Source: a virus. Taken from it: a stretch of DNA of 64,000 bases. The position numbers and the translations under genes are program-made. The stretch's first letter is position 1; the number at the start of each line of letters is the position of its first letter. Of the stretch, positions 1-10,633 are shown piece after piece. Under the pieces are notes generated by a model, which saw nothing but the letters and a program-made list of their open reading frames with translations, ran no database searches and was not told the DNA's origin. The stretch is taken from IMG/VR virus record IMGVR_UViG_3300025816_000006, positions 64,001 to 128,000 of that record; one strand, written 5' to 3'.

Positions 1-2
1 TG

Positions 3-3000
3 AGGGTTGGTCACTCTCCCGGCTCTGGCGTTGGCTTCAATATGTTCTTGTCTGAGTTTGGTTTGTCGTCTGGCAACATCGTTCAGTCAACCCCTGACGC
101 TACACACAAAGAAGTAACCGCCCAGAAGTTCTTTGAGAACAACAGAGTCTACTGGTGGGATGAAGGAGAGACAACTTCTGAGGATGCTTATAAGCTTTGG
201 GATTATGTAAATGAAAACACTTACACCGATTGGCATATTGGCGCATTTAAGCATTGTGAATTTAACTATGAGTTTGATAATCTTGGCAGTAGACCCGGAA
301 AGAGGACTGGTAGAGATTTAATTAACTTTAACATCAAGCATCATGGTTCTGGCTATATTCAATATGCAAGCTTGGCTATGCCATCAAATGTAGATTCTGG
401 CGTATCTTATCACACTCAGATAGAAAATGATTTCCTTAGACTGCACTTGAGCGATACCCCTGACAATTTCTACGCTGTTTACCCAAGGGTAAGTAAAAAT
501 CTTCCACACGGATATAAATTTACAGAGAAAGCGCTTGTTGTTGAAACTGTACTTGAGCATAAATCTGATAGCCACAACATTGTTTGGGAAGATGGTAGTA
601 TTGGACCTAAACTTATAGTAAGTCTCTACACAAAAAATCAAGAACCAGAACATCCTTTGGTTGAGCCATTTACAGAGCCAAACTGGGGTCTTGTCAATAG
701 AGCTATACATTATCTACCACCTTCTAGCTGTTTGATGAGATTTGATAGCACATTCAACTATAACGATTACTGCGATGAATCAGAGAAGTGGGCGCTATTC
801 CCGCATGAGCCAAGGTTAACAGAGTTGACAGAGAAATATTTCTCTAAAGACGTTGATGATATGTTCTTACAATACGACTTGGTTTATCCATCTGGTCCAG
901 CTTTTGATTCTCGTATTGACATGCATACCTGTCATGTTAGGGCGGAAGACGCATTTGTTAACGCGACTAATACATCCGGTGTATTTAATTTATACACAAG
1001 CGGCAACCCTAGCCCTGTGACTGGCGTATTAGACATGTTCACATTCAACGCTTCTGGAATGGGTCCAGAGTTTGGATGGAGTCCTGCAAGCGGCTTGAAT
1101 ATGATATTACGTGCGCCTATAGAGGTTAATGAATCTGGATTTATATTGTATGCCAGTGGCGAGCAGATATCCGCTGAATCATTAAAAACATTTATTGATG
1201 GTCATGAGTTAATTAAAGAGTCTGGATTTAATTTAATAGCTTCTGGCGATGGTAGAACTTGGACAAGCTTCCCTCCGAGGGGCGGTGCGGTTGTTGGAAG
1301 TGATTTTGTTGTAGGTGATGCTCCAACTATTCCTCCTCTGCCCATGCTTGTGTTTGGCAAGGGTGTTGACAGTGGCGTGTTACCTTTGTCTATTGGTGCT
1401 ATTAAATCACCGACTTCACCCGAAGCTTCTCTTCCGTTATCGCTATTCCCCTCTACGGCTGGTTCTGGTGGAGTACGTGACTTTATGCCAGTTTACCTGC
1501 TACAGAACTTTAGTAATGAACCGGGACCAAAATCTGGCGAACTTGAACTAAGTATAATTGGTGCTGCTGGTTTATCTTCTAGGTATAGAAATGCTTCTAC
1601 TAATCTTTCCCTACGTGGACCAGACAGACTGCCTCTTAAAGAAAATGTTAACCTCACTTTATACGGTGACAATTTATCAGAAGTAGTTTCTACAGGTAGT
1701 CTTAATCTGTTTAGCTCTAACTACACTGGTTTCAATACTCCGTTTTACTTGTGGTACAACAACAATTATGGAACCGGCATAACTCTTGAAGATAATAATA
1801 TTGCTAGTATTCTTGTTGGAGATGAGATACGTGGAGTAACCTTGTTTGGATATGGATCTTGCACTGGCGATAGTCCACAAAAAGCAATAGATCCCGCCAT
1901 AATAACTGATGATACTGTGTGGCGAGAAGAGACCTGTAATGAAGGTGGTATATTTAGAGCGACAAAAACTTACACAAATCTTAGTGCTGGCTATAGCGGT
2001 AATTACTACGGAATAAGAAAATTACAGGGTCTTATTCCAGACGCTCCTTATATGACAACATTAAAAATAAGAACAGGATCTACTACTGCTATTCCTGTTC
2101 CTAGAGATTGGGAAGAGTGGGAATATGGAACCTGTGGCCCAGATACTATTGGTGGCTGTTGTCCAGACGATGCTTGCTCAAGGAATATTAACTTTAGCGG
2201 CATAAAATTAATTGGCGATTATCCATACCTGAGTGGAGATGCCACACACTACGATGTAAGCGGTAGACTTGCTGGTGATAATTATGGACACGCCGTAGCT
2301 GTCAAGAAAGACCTCATGGCAGTTGGCGCACCTAAACATAACATATACGACGAAAGAGGCGAGCTACTAAATGACGCAGGTGCTGTATTCTTATACAGAA
2401 GAAACGAAGATGTTGCTGGACTAAAAGCAGACTGGGAGCTAGAAGAAAAAGTATTACTTCCTTCTGGCTACAGACAAGATCACATAAGTGCAACCTATCA
2501 AAATCTTCTTTGCTATCCCAATAATATAACTAAAGAGTTTTGTATTTCTGGTCAGCAGTGGAATATTGGTCAAGAAGGAAGAGAGTTTGGTTATTCCTTA
2601 GACTTGGCTAGCAGTGGAGATAAGGAGACACTAGTTGTTGGTGCGCCCGGAGCTTACTGGGACAGAACATTTGAAGACATCGTTGTATCTGGAATACCCG
2701 TACTCATGCTTGTTTTCACTGACAAGTTTTCCTACAATAAAGAAAAAATTGCCGCTATAGGCAATACTGCCTTAAAGTATGACATACTATATAAGTATTT
2801 TGCTGTTCCTTGGGATATTGGAGGTTCAGATTTTCAACCGCAGTTAGATATAAATGTTCTGTTGTGTCAAATACATGACAGCGATCAGAAAGATAGCTTA
2901 CCTAAAGTAAGATCTGACAAACCTTGGTTCCATCATCTCTACATAAATAATCTTCTTGATGGAAATGAAGATTCAACAGTATTGAAAAACACTGCCGTTA

Positions 3001-6000
3001 GTGGAATCCAAAAGAAATTCTTTGAAATGTTCCCCTACAGCAACAATTTGTATAGTGGTATTCCACCTATCGTTGGAGTGTTTGGTGATGATACACCTTC
3101 AACATTCAACAAAGGTGCATTCCAACCAGCACTTGATGAGTTTTTGTCCTTCTATCAAGATTACGCATATCAAAGCGGAATAAAGGATTTAACAAATGAC
3201 ACAGAGCAATCTGGGTACATTAAACAAATTTATTCTGACAGCTTTAATTGGGATAAAGCGTCTGTAGAAATTTTGAATGAAACTCTCGCAACTGGAAACC
3301 TGCTGACACAAAAGCAAGTACAATTCCCAGACTATAATTCTGCTGGTAATGTTGTTATGAATTACATCACCAGTGGCGTTGGTCAACAATACGCTAGAAG
3401 TAATTCTTATGAATTCCAAATACCACCAGAGTCTGGTGGTCGTGTTTACATATTTGAAAAAGAAAGCGGAAACTTTAATCTGGTGCAAGAGATAGTATCT
3501 CCGCAAGAAGATTTGAAAATGTTTGATAGTGATGATTTTGCTGGAGCTATGGATGAAAATGGTCTTCCATACGGAGTCAAGCCTAATGATAGATTTGGTC
3601 ATGCCGTATCTATAAGCAATAACTCGGAAGTTGTAACGGTTGGCTCTCCTTACTCCTCCGAGGCTTGCTTGATATACGAGCGAGATGAAAAAGAAAACGC
3701 CAGAATGTATAAGGGTATTCGTAGCTGGCTAGACTTTAACTCCTTGGTAGCGGAGTCAACAAGGTATGACACATTGCTTGCCGCCTCTGGAGATTTGGAA
3801 GTTCAAAAAACAATCTATCATGAGCTTACCAAGGGTAATAAATTCTTACTGAGATCTGACAAAAACTTCTGGGGTAAGACCCCAATAAATCTTTATAAGA
3901 AAATATTTAAATATGATTATTCAGATATTCCGTACACTGGAACTTGGGGTTTCATCCCACAAGAGGTAGCCGGAACTTCTAGACTTGGATATAGCACTGC
4001 TGTTGGAGAAGATGGAGACATAGTAGCATTTGGAGCGCCTACAGACTCGTTTAATGAGTTTGATGATTACAATGTTTACTACAGATCAGAAGATACTTGG
4101 GCTTCTTACATGCAAGCTGGAGCCGTTAGGGTGTTTGAGTCTAGAAAATACTATCCACACAGTGGCGCTGTAGAATTTACAAGATTTGGAAATCTTGACA
4201 GAAGCGTACACGGTTCAGGAGACAATCAACAATTCTACGATCAAATGGGGCTTTACTTCAAGCCTGATAATGTTTCTTTTGAAAGACTTCCATTTTCTGA
4301 AATAGAGATACCTCAAAGCGCTGGATTGGCATTTATTATTACGCCTGAGATAGATGCTGCAAGCGATGAGATTATCGACAACATCAAGTCTTGGTTGGCA
4401 CTTGGTGATAGAACATTGGTTTTGGTTGGTAATGACCCCATCTGGGAAGACGACGGTCTTTACTTTGACTCAAACGAAATAGTAAACAAGGTTCTTCAAA
4501 AACTTGGCTCAAGAATGAGGCTTGTTCCAGCAAGAAACGAGTATGAGTCTTTGGTTGGAGGGGTTGCAGAGTCAGATTATAATAATGATAAATATAATGT
4601 AACGAAAGCATTCATCCCTGATTATATTCATGACACACATCTGACTAACAACAATATGTTTGCTAGCGGTGTTGCCGATATTAGAATAGATATTTCTGAT
4701 TTGGAATTGGAAGACTTATTACTACATTCACCTTGCGACAAAATTAACACAAGGTGTGAGCATACAATTCAACATATGGGAGACTTGAGAGCGCAATGGA
4801 ACTCCGAATGTATTGTGGCTGGCACTCCTCCCGGTAAAATAGAATTTAAAACAAACTGGCCTTTCCACTTTAATAATGAAAATCCAGCAAGAGACTGTAG
4901 CTTCTGGCCTCAAAATCCAAAGCCTTATATTGATAGGCCGGGAGAGGCAATCAGACCTGTTTTAACTGCTGCGGAACACATAACACCACCGCCGCGAATT
5001 ATAGCTGCTTCTAGTGGTGAAAAGGAACAGTGTACAACCAGTCTGTCTGGAATTATAAAAACTGAATATACAACAAGCACTAAGTTGTATGAGTTTGCTG
5101 ACACGCAGATAGATGAACTGGCTTTCTCTATAAGTCAACCCTCTGGAACTTTGCTTTCTGGAATATTTGATGATTTCACAAGAGGTCAGTTCTTTGATCC
5201 AGCACCATTTGACAAAAGAAACTCGTTTATGCAAGCTGCGGGTACTTCTTACGAAATAGACGTTCCGCCAGATGATGTCGTGGTTTCTCCAGAAAGTGTT
5301 TGGGCCACGGAAGAGTCTTACTTAAACAACACCGTTGATACAGGCTCTAAGGTTATCTTGTTTGCTTCTATGCTTTCTGAGACTGACTGGGCTTTAGGTA
5401 AATCAAATAACGCAGGCGAAGACCCTAATAACAAAGACCAGAATATATTCTTTTATAACAATCTTGTTGCGTTAGATTGCAACAGTGCTGGAAATATAAT
5501 TCAACTTGGCGGATGGACCGGTAGGAATTCATTTAAATCTGCTTTTTCTGACTCTGCGATTGCAAAAACGTTTATTCAAGGCGGTCATACTGTTTCTTCT
5601 GGGGTTTTATTTACTGACAACGATCCAATATCAACAATTCACAATGTAGCTTGGGTTGCAGACCCAGTTGCCAAACCTTCGGACGAAGATATAACTAGAT
5701 TAAAGAATTGGTTGAATACTGGCAATAAAAAACTTGTCATGACTTATTCTGCTAATCAAGAAAAAGCCAATATAATTGAATACATTTGTGATCAACTAGA
5801 GTTGAACACTAAGCCATTCTACTCTAAAGCAAATGGTGCTTATTTTGTTCAGGACACAGAGTTAGTTGCTCAAGGCAACACGCAAGGCATCCCTTACGAC
5901 AGTCAAGGTGGAATCGAACAAGCGCAACTTATTGACGAAACTGCATCTGTCTTTGTGGGTTGTAACAAAGGCTATGCGTTCAACGCAATTACCGCAGAAA

Positions 6001-8822
6001 CTAAGGTTGAAAAACTAGCCATTATACCGAAAGACGCTAACCAGCAAGATTACTCGTCTGAGGTAGATTTTGAAACAGGATTCACGGAGTATGCGTTTAT
6101 TCCAATTAAACCCGGAGCAAACACCAAGAAGCTTGTTCGCTACAAAGCACCTTTAATAGAGAAGAGATTTAACAATCCTTACATTTATTGGAAAATTGAT
6201 GGTGATGCAAATGCTGACTTTAAGGTTATTGCAGGTTCAGGTTACAGGTTGTATATAAACTACATATCTGAAAGTCCAGATGAGAAATTTGATATAAACT
6301 TAGGATTTGATGGTGTGTCCTTCTCCCCTTATCCAGATGATAGAGAAGAGAGTGGGGATGGTAATGTAGATGATGATAGCAGAAAGCTAGATAGAACAGA
6401 TACTTACAAGATAAAAACTAAAGTATTTGACATAAAAGCTAAAGACACTTCTACTGAATTTTCTCTCAAGTTTGATACCGATGAATGGAGACAAATTAAG
6501 AGCGCAGACTTTGATGGCAATAGACCTTTAACGCCAAGGGTTGTATCTATCTCTGGTTGTCCTCTGCCTATTGAGGTTGAAACACTGACATCAACAAGGA
6601 TCAAAGAAAGAAAGATCTATGTAACAAGATGTTCTGGTGTTCCTTTCTTCAATCCAGAGCAGAGAATAGAGTTTGATCCAGTCTTTAGGCCGATCTCGAC
6701 ACTAAATGACAAGTACTGTCAGTCGTCACCGGCTTGCGATGGCTATGGAGGTCAAATGATACAGGATGGCCCTATCATCGCAGCAGATGAGCTAGAACAC
6801 TTCACAACCTTTAATGCTGGTAGAAATAGATCTAGAATTGTAGTTCTTTCTGACTCCACCTTGATACAAGGTCAGTCGCCTTACTTTAGAAACGACGCTC
6901 TTGAAGAAAATCAGAAGTTTATAAGAAGCTTGTACCCAACAAGTCCAGAGAAATATGGAAACATGGAGTATAGCAATGATACTAACTTTATTGACGGCGT
7001 AAGGAAATTCTCTTTCACACAAAAAATATTGTCACCACAAAGAGGCAGTGCTGCTAAATACTACGCTGCAAGCGGTCTTACTAATTTAGTTGACAGGTAT
7101 ACTCTTGGTGGATCTCTTGGCAATTTAACCAAGTACACAGACCAAGAGAGCAGTAAAAATCCGGGAGATATATTTAGAGAGTTTAGCCCAGAAACACCAG
7201 AAAAACTAGAGCAAGAATTAGAAAAATTTGGTGAAGATATTATACCAATCTATGGTGTTTATCCTAGATATAGCGGCATAATAGATGGAAAACTTTATCT
7301 AGATGCTGGTATTGAGGGCGGTATGCCACAGTTCATGATTGACAAACACAAAGACTATATTGACTTTGACATGCTTGCATCTGGGTATGCTGGTGATTTA
7401 TTTGGCATATCCATTGATATTCATAACGATAAACTAATTGTAGGCGCACCGTTTAATGGGTTCCTAGATGAAGACATTCGCTCATGGCCTGAATTAACAA
7501 ATCTACATGCGTCTGGGTTCGTAGGTTCTGGCCTTAAACTAAGTGGCAATGGTGGCGCTGGCGCTGCATTCTATTACGAAAGAACTGGCAGAGGTAAAAA
7601 TTCAGTATCAGAATTCTTACCTTGGCAATTCCAGCAAAAGATTAAACCCAGTAGCATTAACGTTGGTATAGACAACGCAACTTTAGCAAAGCTAAAAGAA
7701 CAAAAAGCACATCGTCCTATTGATATCACAAGCGATTTTGTTGCGAAAAACGCAATGATTACAGACAGGTTCGGCTATTCAGTTTCTATTGATTCTGACT
7801 TTGCTGCGATAGGCGCACCCGCCCATGACTTTGAGACTACACATCAGCATATTTATGGAGGAAGTGCTGCATTTATTAGAAAAGAATTTGGAGGAGAGTT
7901 TGATATACCTGAACACAAGTTCTTTGATCTTGGTAGCTCTGGCGTTAGAATAGATGACTTCAATAGAGCTAGTGGTAAAATGGTGCTAAATAATGGCGCT
8001 GTGTTTACTTATCGTCACAAAATGACAGATTGGGCGGCAAGATCTAAAGAGTGGGTTTACGCTCAGAAAATGTACCCAGAAGGATTTAGCGATAGAAACA
8101 CTGTTGCTCTGACTGGATGTGAAAATGATTTCTTTGGATTCTCTGTTGCCATAGATAGAGCTAGACGTGGAGATAGCGATTACGTTATGGTTGCCGGTTC
8201 TCCAAATCATAACTATCCAACCAGTGGTCAACATACAACACAAGAGCTTGAAGATGCTGGTTCTTCTTATACTTTTGACGCGATGCTTAGAGAACAGCTT
8301 GCATCCCTACCAAATGCTGCAAGTTACATTGATGCACAGGTATTTGGACACAAACCAGAAAGTCAAGCAGACAGATTGAGAAATATTGTTTACCAAAATA
8401 CCACAGGTGGACAAGAAACATTTGAAGTGAGTGGTATAATCATTGCTAATGAAAATGGTGATGTTTTCTTGGAGGTTTCGGGTCAAGATCCAGCAACCAA
8501 AGGCTTTGTTGCTCACAGACCATATGTAGAATTGGTTAGGGGTGAATTAATATCTGGAACTGGCGTCAATCAAGAGTTTAACTTGATAACAGATGGTCAA
8601 CCTGTTCCTAGAAGCGGTTTTATGAATCTTTCTATTCCCGGTCCATCGTCCGATATAGTGTATAATAATATGAATCTCTACAGCTTTGGAGCTTATGTAG
8701 GAAGTGGAGATATGCCTTTGTATATGCAGGTTGCTAGTGGCACTTCTAATAATTCTTTAGATTTGTTGCTAAAAGACCCTCAGATCATAGCCAATATGAA
8801 TTTAAGGATAAGAGGTAAATAA
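3..8822 (+). CDS. Giant probable virion/tail protein with 7 FG-GAP (integrin-alpha-like) repeats; 5'-truncated
   Basis: Frame is open from position 3 (RVGHSPGSGVGFN-M at 42). FG-GAP motifs such as YGHAVAV..MAVGAP, FGYSLDL..LVVGAP, DRFGHAVSIS..VGSP, LGYSTAV..FGAP, LFGISIDI..IVGAP, DRFGYSVSID..IGAP, FFGFSVAI..AGSP. Confidence 0.75.
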   Translation, partial: RVGHSPGSGVGFNMFLSEFGLSSGNIVQSTPDATHKEVTAQKFFENNRVYWWDEGETTSEDAYKLWDYVNENTYTDWHIGAFKHCEFNYEFDNLGSRPGKRTGRDLINFNIKHHGSGYIQYASLAMPSNVDSGVSYHTQIENDFLRLHLSDTPDNFYAVYPRVSKNLPHGYKFTEKALVVETVLEHKSDSHNIVWEDGSIGPKLIVSLYTKNQEPEHPLVEPFTEPNWGLVNRAIHYLPPSSCLMRFDSTFNYNDYCDESEKWALFPHEPRLTELTEKYFSKDVDDMFLQYDLVYPSGPAFDSRIDMHTCHVRAEDAFVNATNTSGVFNLYTSGNPSPVTGVLDMFTFNASGMGPEFGWSPASGLNMILRAPIEVNESGFILYASGEQISAESLKTFIDGHELIKESGFNLIASGDGRTWTSFPPRGGAVVGSDFVVGDAPTIPPLPMLVFGKGVDSGVLPLSIGAIKSPTSPEASLPLSLFPSTAGSGGVRDFMPVYLLQNFSNEPGPKSGELELSIIGAAGLSSRYRNASTNLSLRGPDRLPLKENVNLTLYGDNLSEVVSTGSLNLFSSNYTGFNTPFYLWYNNNYGTGITLEDNNIASILVGDEIRGVTLFGYGSCTGDSPQKAIDPAIITDDTVWREETCNEGGIFRATKTYTNLSAGYSGNYYGIRKLQGLIPDAPYMTTLKIRTGSTTAIPVPRDWEEWEYGTCGPDTIGGCCPDDACSRNINFSGIKLIGDYPYLSGDATHYDVSGRLAGDNYGHAVAVKKDLMAVGAPKHNIYDERGELLNDAGAVFLYRRNEDVAGLKADWELEEKVLLPSGYRQDHISATYQNLLCYPNNITKEFCISGQQWNIGQEGREFGYSLDLASSGDKETLVVGAPGAYWDRTFEDIVVSGIPVLMLVFTDKFSYNKEKIAAIGNTALKYDILYKYFAVPWDIGGSDFQPQLDINVLLCQIHDSDQKDSLPKVRSDKPWFHHLYINNLLDGNEDSTVLKNTAVSGIQKKFFEMFPYSNNLYSGIPPIVGVFGDDTPSTFNKGAFQPALDEFLSFYQDYAYQSGIKDLTNDTEQSGYIKQIYSDSFNWDKASVEILNETLATGNLLTQKQVQFPDYNSAGNVVMNYITSGVGQQYARSNSYEFQIPPESGGRVYIFEKESGNFNLVQEIVSPQEDLKMFDSDDFAGAMDENGLPYGVKPNDRFGHAVSISNNSEVVTVGSPYSSEACLIYERDEKENARMYKGIRSWLDFNSLVAESTRYDTLLAASGDLEVQKTIYHELTKGNKFLLRSDKNFWGKTPINLYKKIFKYDYSDIPYTGTWGFIPQEVAGTSRLGYSTAVGEDGDIVAFGAPTDSFNEFDDYNVYYRSEDTWASYMQAGAVRVFESRKYYPHSGAVEFTRFGNLDRSVHGSGDNQQFYDQMGLYFKPDNVSFERLPFSEIEIPQSAGLAFIITPEIDAASDEIIDNIKSWLALGDRTLVLVGNDPIWEDDGLYFDSNEIVNKVLQKLGSRMRLVPARNEYESLVGGVAESDYNNDKYNVTKAFIPDYIHDTHLTNNNMFASGVADIRIDISDLELEDLLLHSPCDKINTRCEHTIQHMGDLRAQWNSECIVAGTPPGKIEFKTNWPFHFNNENPARDCSFWPQNPKPYIDRPGEAIRPVLTAAEHITPPPRIIAASSGEKEQCTTSLSGIIKTEYTTSTKLYEFADTQIDELAFSISQPSGTLLSGIFDDFTRGQFFDPAPFDKRNSFMQAAGTSYEIDVPPDDVVVSPESVWATEESYLNNTVDTGSKVILFASMLSETDWALGKSNNAGEDPNNKDQNIFFYNNLVALDCNSAGNIIQLGGWTGRNSFKSAFSDSAIAKTFIQGGHTVSSGVLFTDNDPISTIHNVAWVADPVAKPSDEDITRLKNWLNTGNKKLVMTYSANQEKANIIEYICDQLELNTKPFYSKANGAYFVQDTELVAQGNTQGIPYDSQGGIEQAQLIDETASVFVGCNKGYAFNAITAETKVEKLAIIPKDANQQDYSSEVDFETGFTEYAFIPIKPGANTKKLVRYKAPLIEKRFNNPYIYWKIDGDANADFKVIAGSGYRLYINYISESPDEKFDINLGFDGVSFSPYPDDREESGDGNVDDDSRKLDRTDTYKIKTKVFDIKAKDTSTEFSLKFDTDEWRQIKSADFDGNRPLTPRVVSISGCPLPIEVETLTSTRIKERKIYVTRCSGVPFFNPEQRIEFDPVFRPISTLNDKYCQSSPACDGYGGQMIQDGPIIAADELEHFTTFNAGRNRSRIVVLSDSTLIQGQSPYFRNDALEENQKFIRSLYPTSPEKYGNMEYSNDTNFIDGVRKFSFTQKILSPQRGSAAKYYAASGLTNLVDRYTLGGSLGNLTKYTDQESSKNPGDIFREFSPETPEKLEQELEKFGEDIIPIYGVYPRYSGIIDGKLYLDAGIEGGMPQFMIDKHKDYIDFDMLASGYAGDLFGISIDIHNDKLIVGAPFNGFLDEDIRSWPELTNLHASGFVGSGLKLSGNGGAGAAFYYERTGRGKNSVSEFLPWQFQQKIKPSSINVGIDNATLAKLKEQKAHRPIDITSDFVAKNAMITDRFGYSVSIDSDFAAIGAPAHDFETTHQHIYGGSAAFIRKEFGGEFDIPEHKFFDLGSSGVRIDDFNRASGKMVLNNGAVFTYRHKMTDWAARSKEWVYAQKMYPEGFSDRNTVALTGCENDFFGFSVAIDRARRGDSDYVMVAGSPNHNYPTSGQHTTQELEDAGSSYTFDAMLREQLASLPNAASYIDAQVFGHKPESQADRLRNIVYQNTTGGQETFEVSGIIIANENGDVFLEVSGQDPATKGFVAHRPYVELVRGELISGTGVNQEFNLITDGQPVPRSGFMNLSIPGPSSDIVYNNMNLYSFGAYVGSGDMPLYMQVASGTSNNSLDLLLKDPQIIANMNLRIRGK

Positions 8823-10633
8823 TGCCCATTAGAGTAAGTTATAATAACGACCCCCAGCAAAAATGTACATTAAGGCCAGTGCCTTTTATGTCCATAGGAA
8901 CGTCTATTCTTAAAAACGGCGCGGGCGAAGCATTTGGTGCGGTATACACGATAACATTAAATGGCACACTTTTGGCGGATCAAGGTACTCCTTACGCCAC
9001 AAAACCCGTATTTGACGTTGGCGCTAGTGAACACGTAAGGTACGACTTTCATTCTATTCCTGCTACTTATCCGGGAAGCTATGCAACCAGTAAAGTCGGT
9101 CCTTACAAAAGTTTTGATAACGTTATAGGTGCAGATAAGTATCCTATCAAGCAGAAAGTTCCTCCTAACGAAGCTTCACACGCCTTGTTTGTCAAACAAA
9201 AGGCACTAAGAGGACTGTTCGCCAGAGATGGGCAAAGGGTAGAGTTGTCAAACTGGTCTGACGACGAAGAAACAATTATTTGTTATCCAAGGGTTTTGGA
9301 TATTAGTTTTGAAGAAGGTATCTATGTAGATAAATGTGATTATACAATTACACTTGAAGCAGATACTCTTTTAAACAGCAAGCTTCACGTTGATGCCGAA
9401 GGCGCTTTGATAGCAGGAGATGGTATTGCTAGAAGCGGTTTGCTAGAACAAGATTTATTAAGAGAACAAGATAAGCAGTTTCATCCTAATGCACACCCAG
9501 TTCTAGCTAGTTTAAGCGGTGCTTTCATAAGTGATTTTTCTGAAGACTGGTCTTTAGAAATAGACGATACCCTTACAGAACAGCCTCATGTAAATAGATC
9601 TTATAGAGTAACTCATACAATAAACGCCACCGGTAAAACTCACTACGGACCAAAAGACAACACAGAGAGTGAAATAGTAAAGAGAGATGCGTGGGAACAA
9701 GCTAGACTATTTGTTCAAAAAAAGCTATGTAGTTCTGTAAAAGACTTGTATCCAAATAGCTCTGGACTCATAGGTAAAGGTATAATAAATTTACATGATG
9801 CTTATCAGGGATATAATCACACAAGAACAGAACAGATAAACCAGTCTGCTGGTAGCTATGCGGTCACAGAAACATTCTTGCTAGCTAGCGGTACGTCCTA
9901 CGAAACCTACAGCATGAATATTTCTAGCGACATAAGCAGCCCATTTGTTTCCGTAAGTATTGATGGAAATGTCAAGGGTCTTACACCTATTGATCCAAGC
10001 GGCTCTGCTTTTGGCGGAAAACATCTACAGAACTCCGCATCCGGTGCTTACGATGTTGCTATTAATAAATATATGTTGATATCTAATAGTGGTAGGTTTG
10101 GCATCGGCGCTGACTTGTACAAAAGAGCAAATGCTTCTGTTGCGGTTCAACTTAATTCTCAACCTAATTCAGTGTCTCTGGGGATGAATGAGAATACGGG
10201 AGAGATAACATATAATTTATCTTTTGACAACAGACCTACAAATATTGTTTCTGGAGTGTTGTCTGAAAATATAACTGTAACCGACACGTATCCCGGAGAT
10301 GTATTTGCTGTAATTCCTGTTCTTGGTCGTCCAACCGGACCTGTGCTTCAATATATTGGAGGGAGGACTGAGTACAGAAGAGATGTTCAATTGGTTTTAC
10401 AGATGGATTATACAAAGATACCTTACGGTTCAACTAGAAATTCTTTACTTCTAAAAAAACCCAGCGTGATAGAACCAACAGCTAGCCAAATAAGCAAGTT
10501 GATTCAAGAGCTAAGTCCTGAAGGTGAGCAGGGTGTTAGAAAGTATTTCTTATCTCCACCACAGGAAGGTTGGAGTCCCAAGGAAGGCTCTTATAATATT
10601 AGTTTATCTTGGACTTACGAGTTAGATAAATGA
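8822..10633 (+). CDS. Probable virion structural protein (603 aa)
   Basis: TAATG overlap with the upstream gene; beta-strand-like S/T/Y/G-rich composition; within the structural arm. Confidence 0.55.
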   Translation: MPIRVSYNNDPQQKCTLRPVPFMSIGTSILKNGAGEAFGAVYTITLNGTLLADQGTPYATKPVFDVGASEHVRYDFHSIPATYPGSYATSKVGPYKSFDNVIGADKYPIKQKVPPNEASHALFVKQKALRGLFARDGQRVELSNWSDDEETIICYPRVLDISFEEGIYVDKCDYTITLEADTLLNSKLHVDAEGALIAGDGIARSGLLEQDLLREQDKQFHPNAHPVLASLSGAFISDFSEDWSLEIDDTLTEQPHVNRSYRVTHTINATGKTHYGPKDNTESEIVKRDAWEQARLFVQKKLCSSVKDLYPNSSGLIGKGIINLHDAYQGYNHTRTEQINQSAGSYAVTETFLLASGTSYETYSMNISSDISSPFVSVSIDGNVKGLTPIDPSGSAFGGKHLQNSASGAYDVAINKYMLISNSGRFGIGADLYKRANASVAVQLNSQPNSVSLGMNENTGEITYNLSFDNRPTNIVSGVLSENITVTDTYPGDVFAVIPVLGRPTGPVLQYIGGRTEYRRDVQLVLQMDYTKIPYGSTRNSLLLKKPSVIEPTASQISKLIQELSPEGEQGVRKYFLSPPQEGWSPKEGSYNISLSWTYELDK

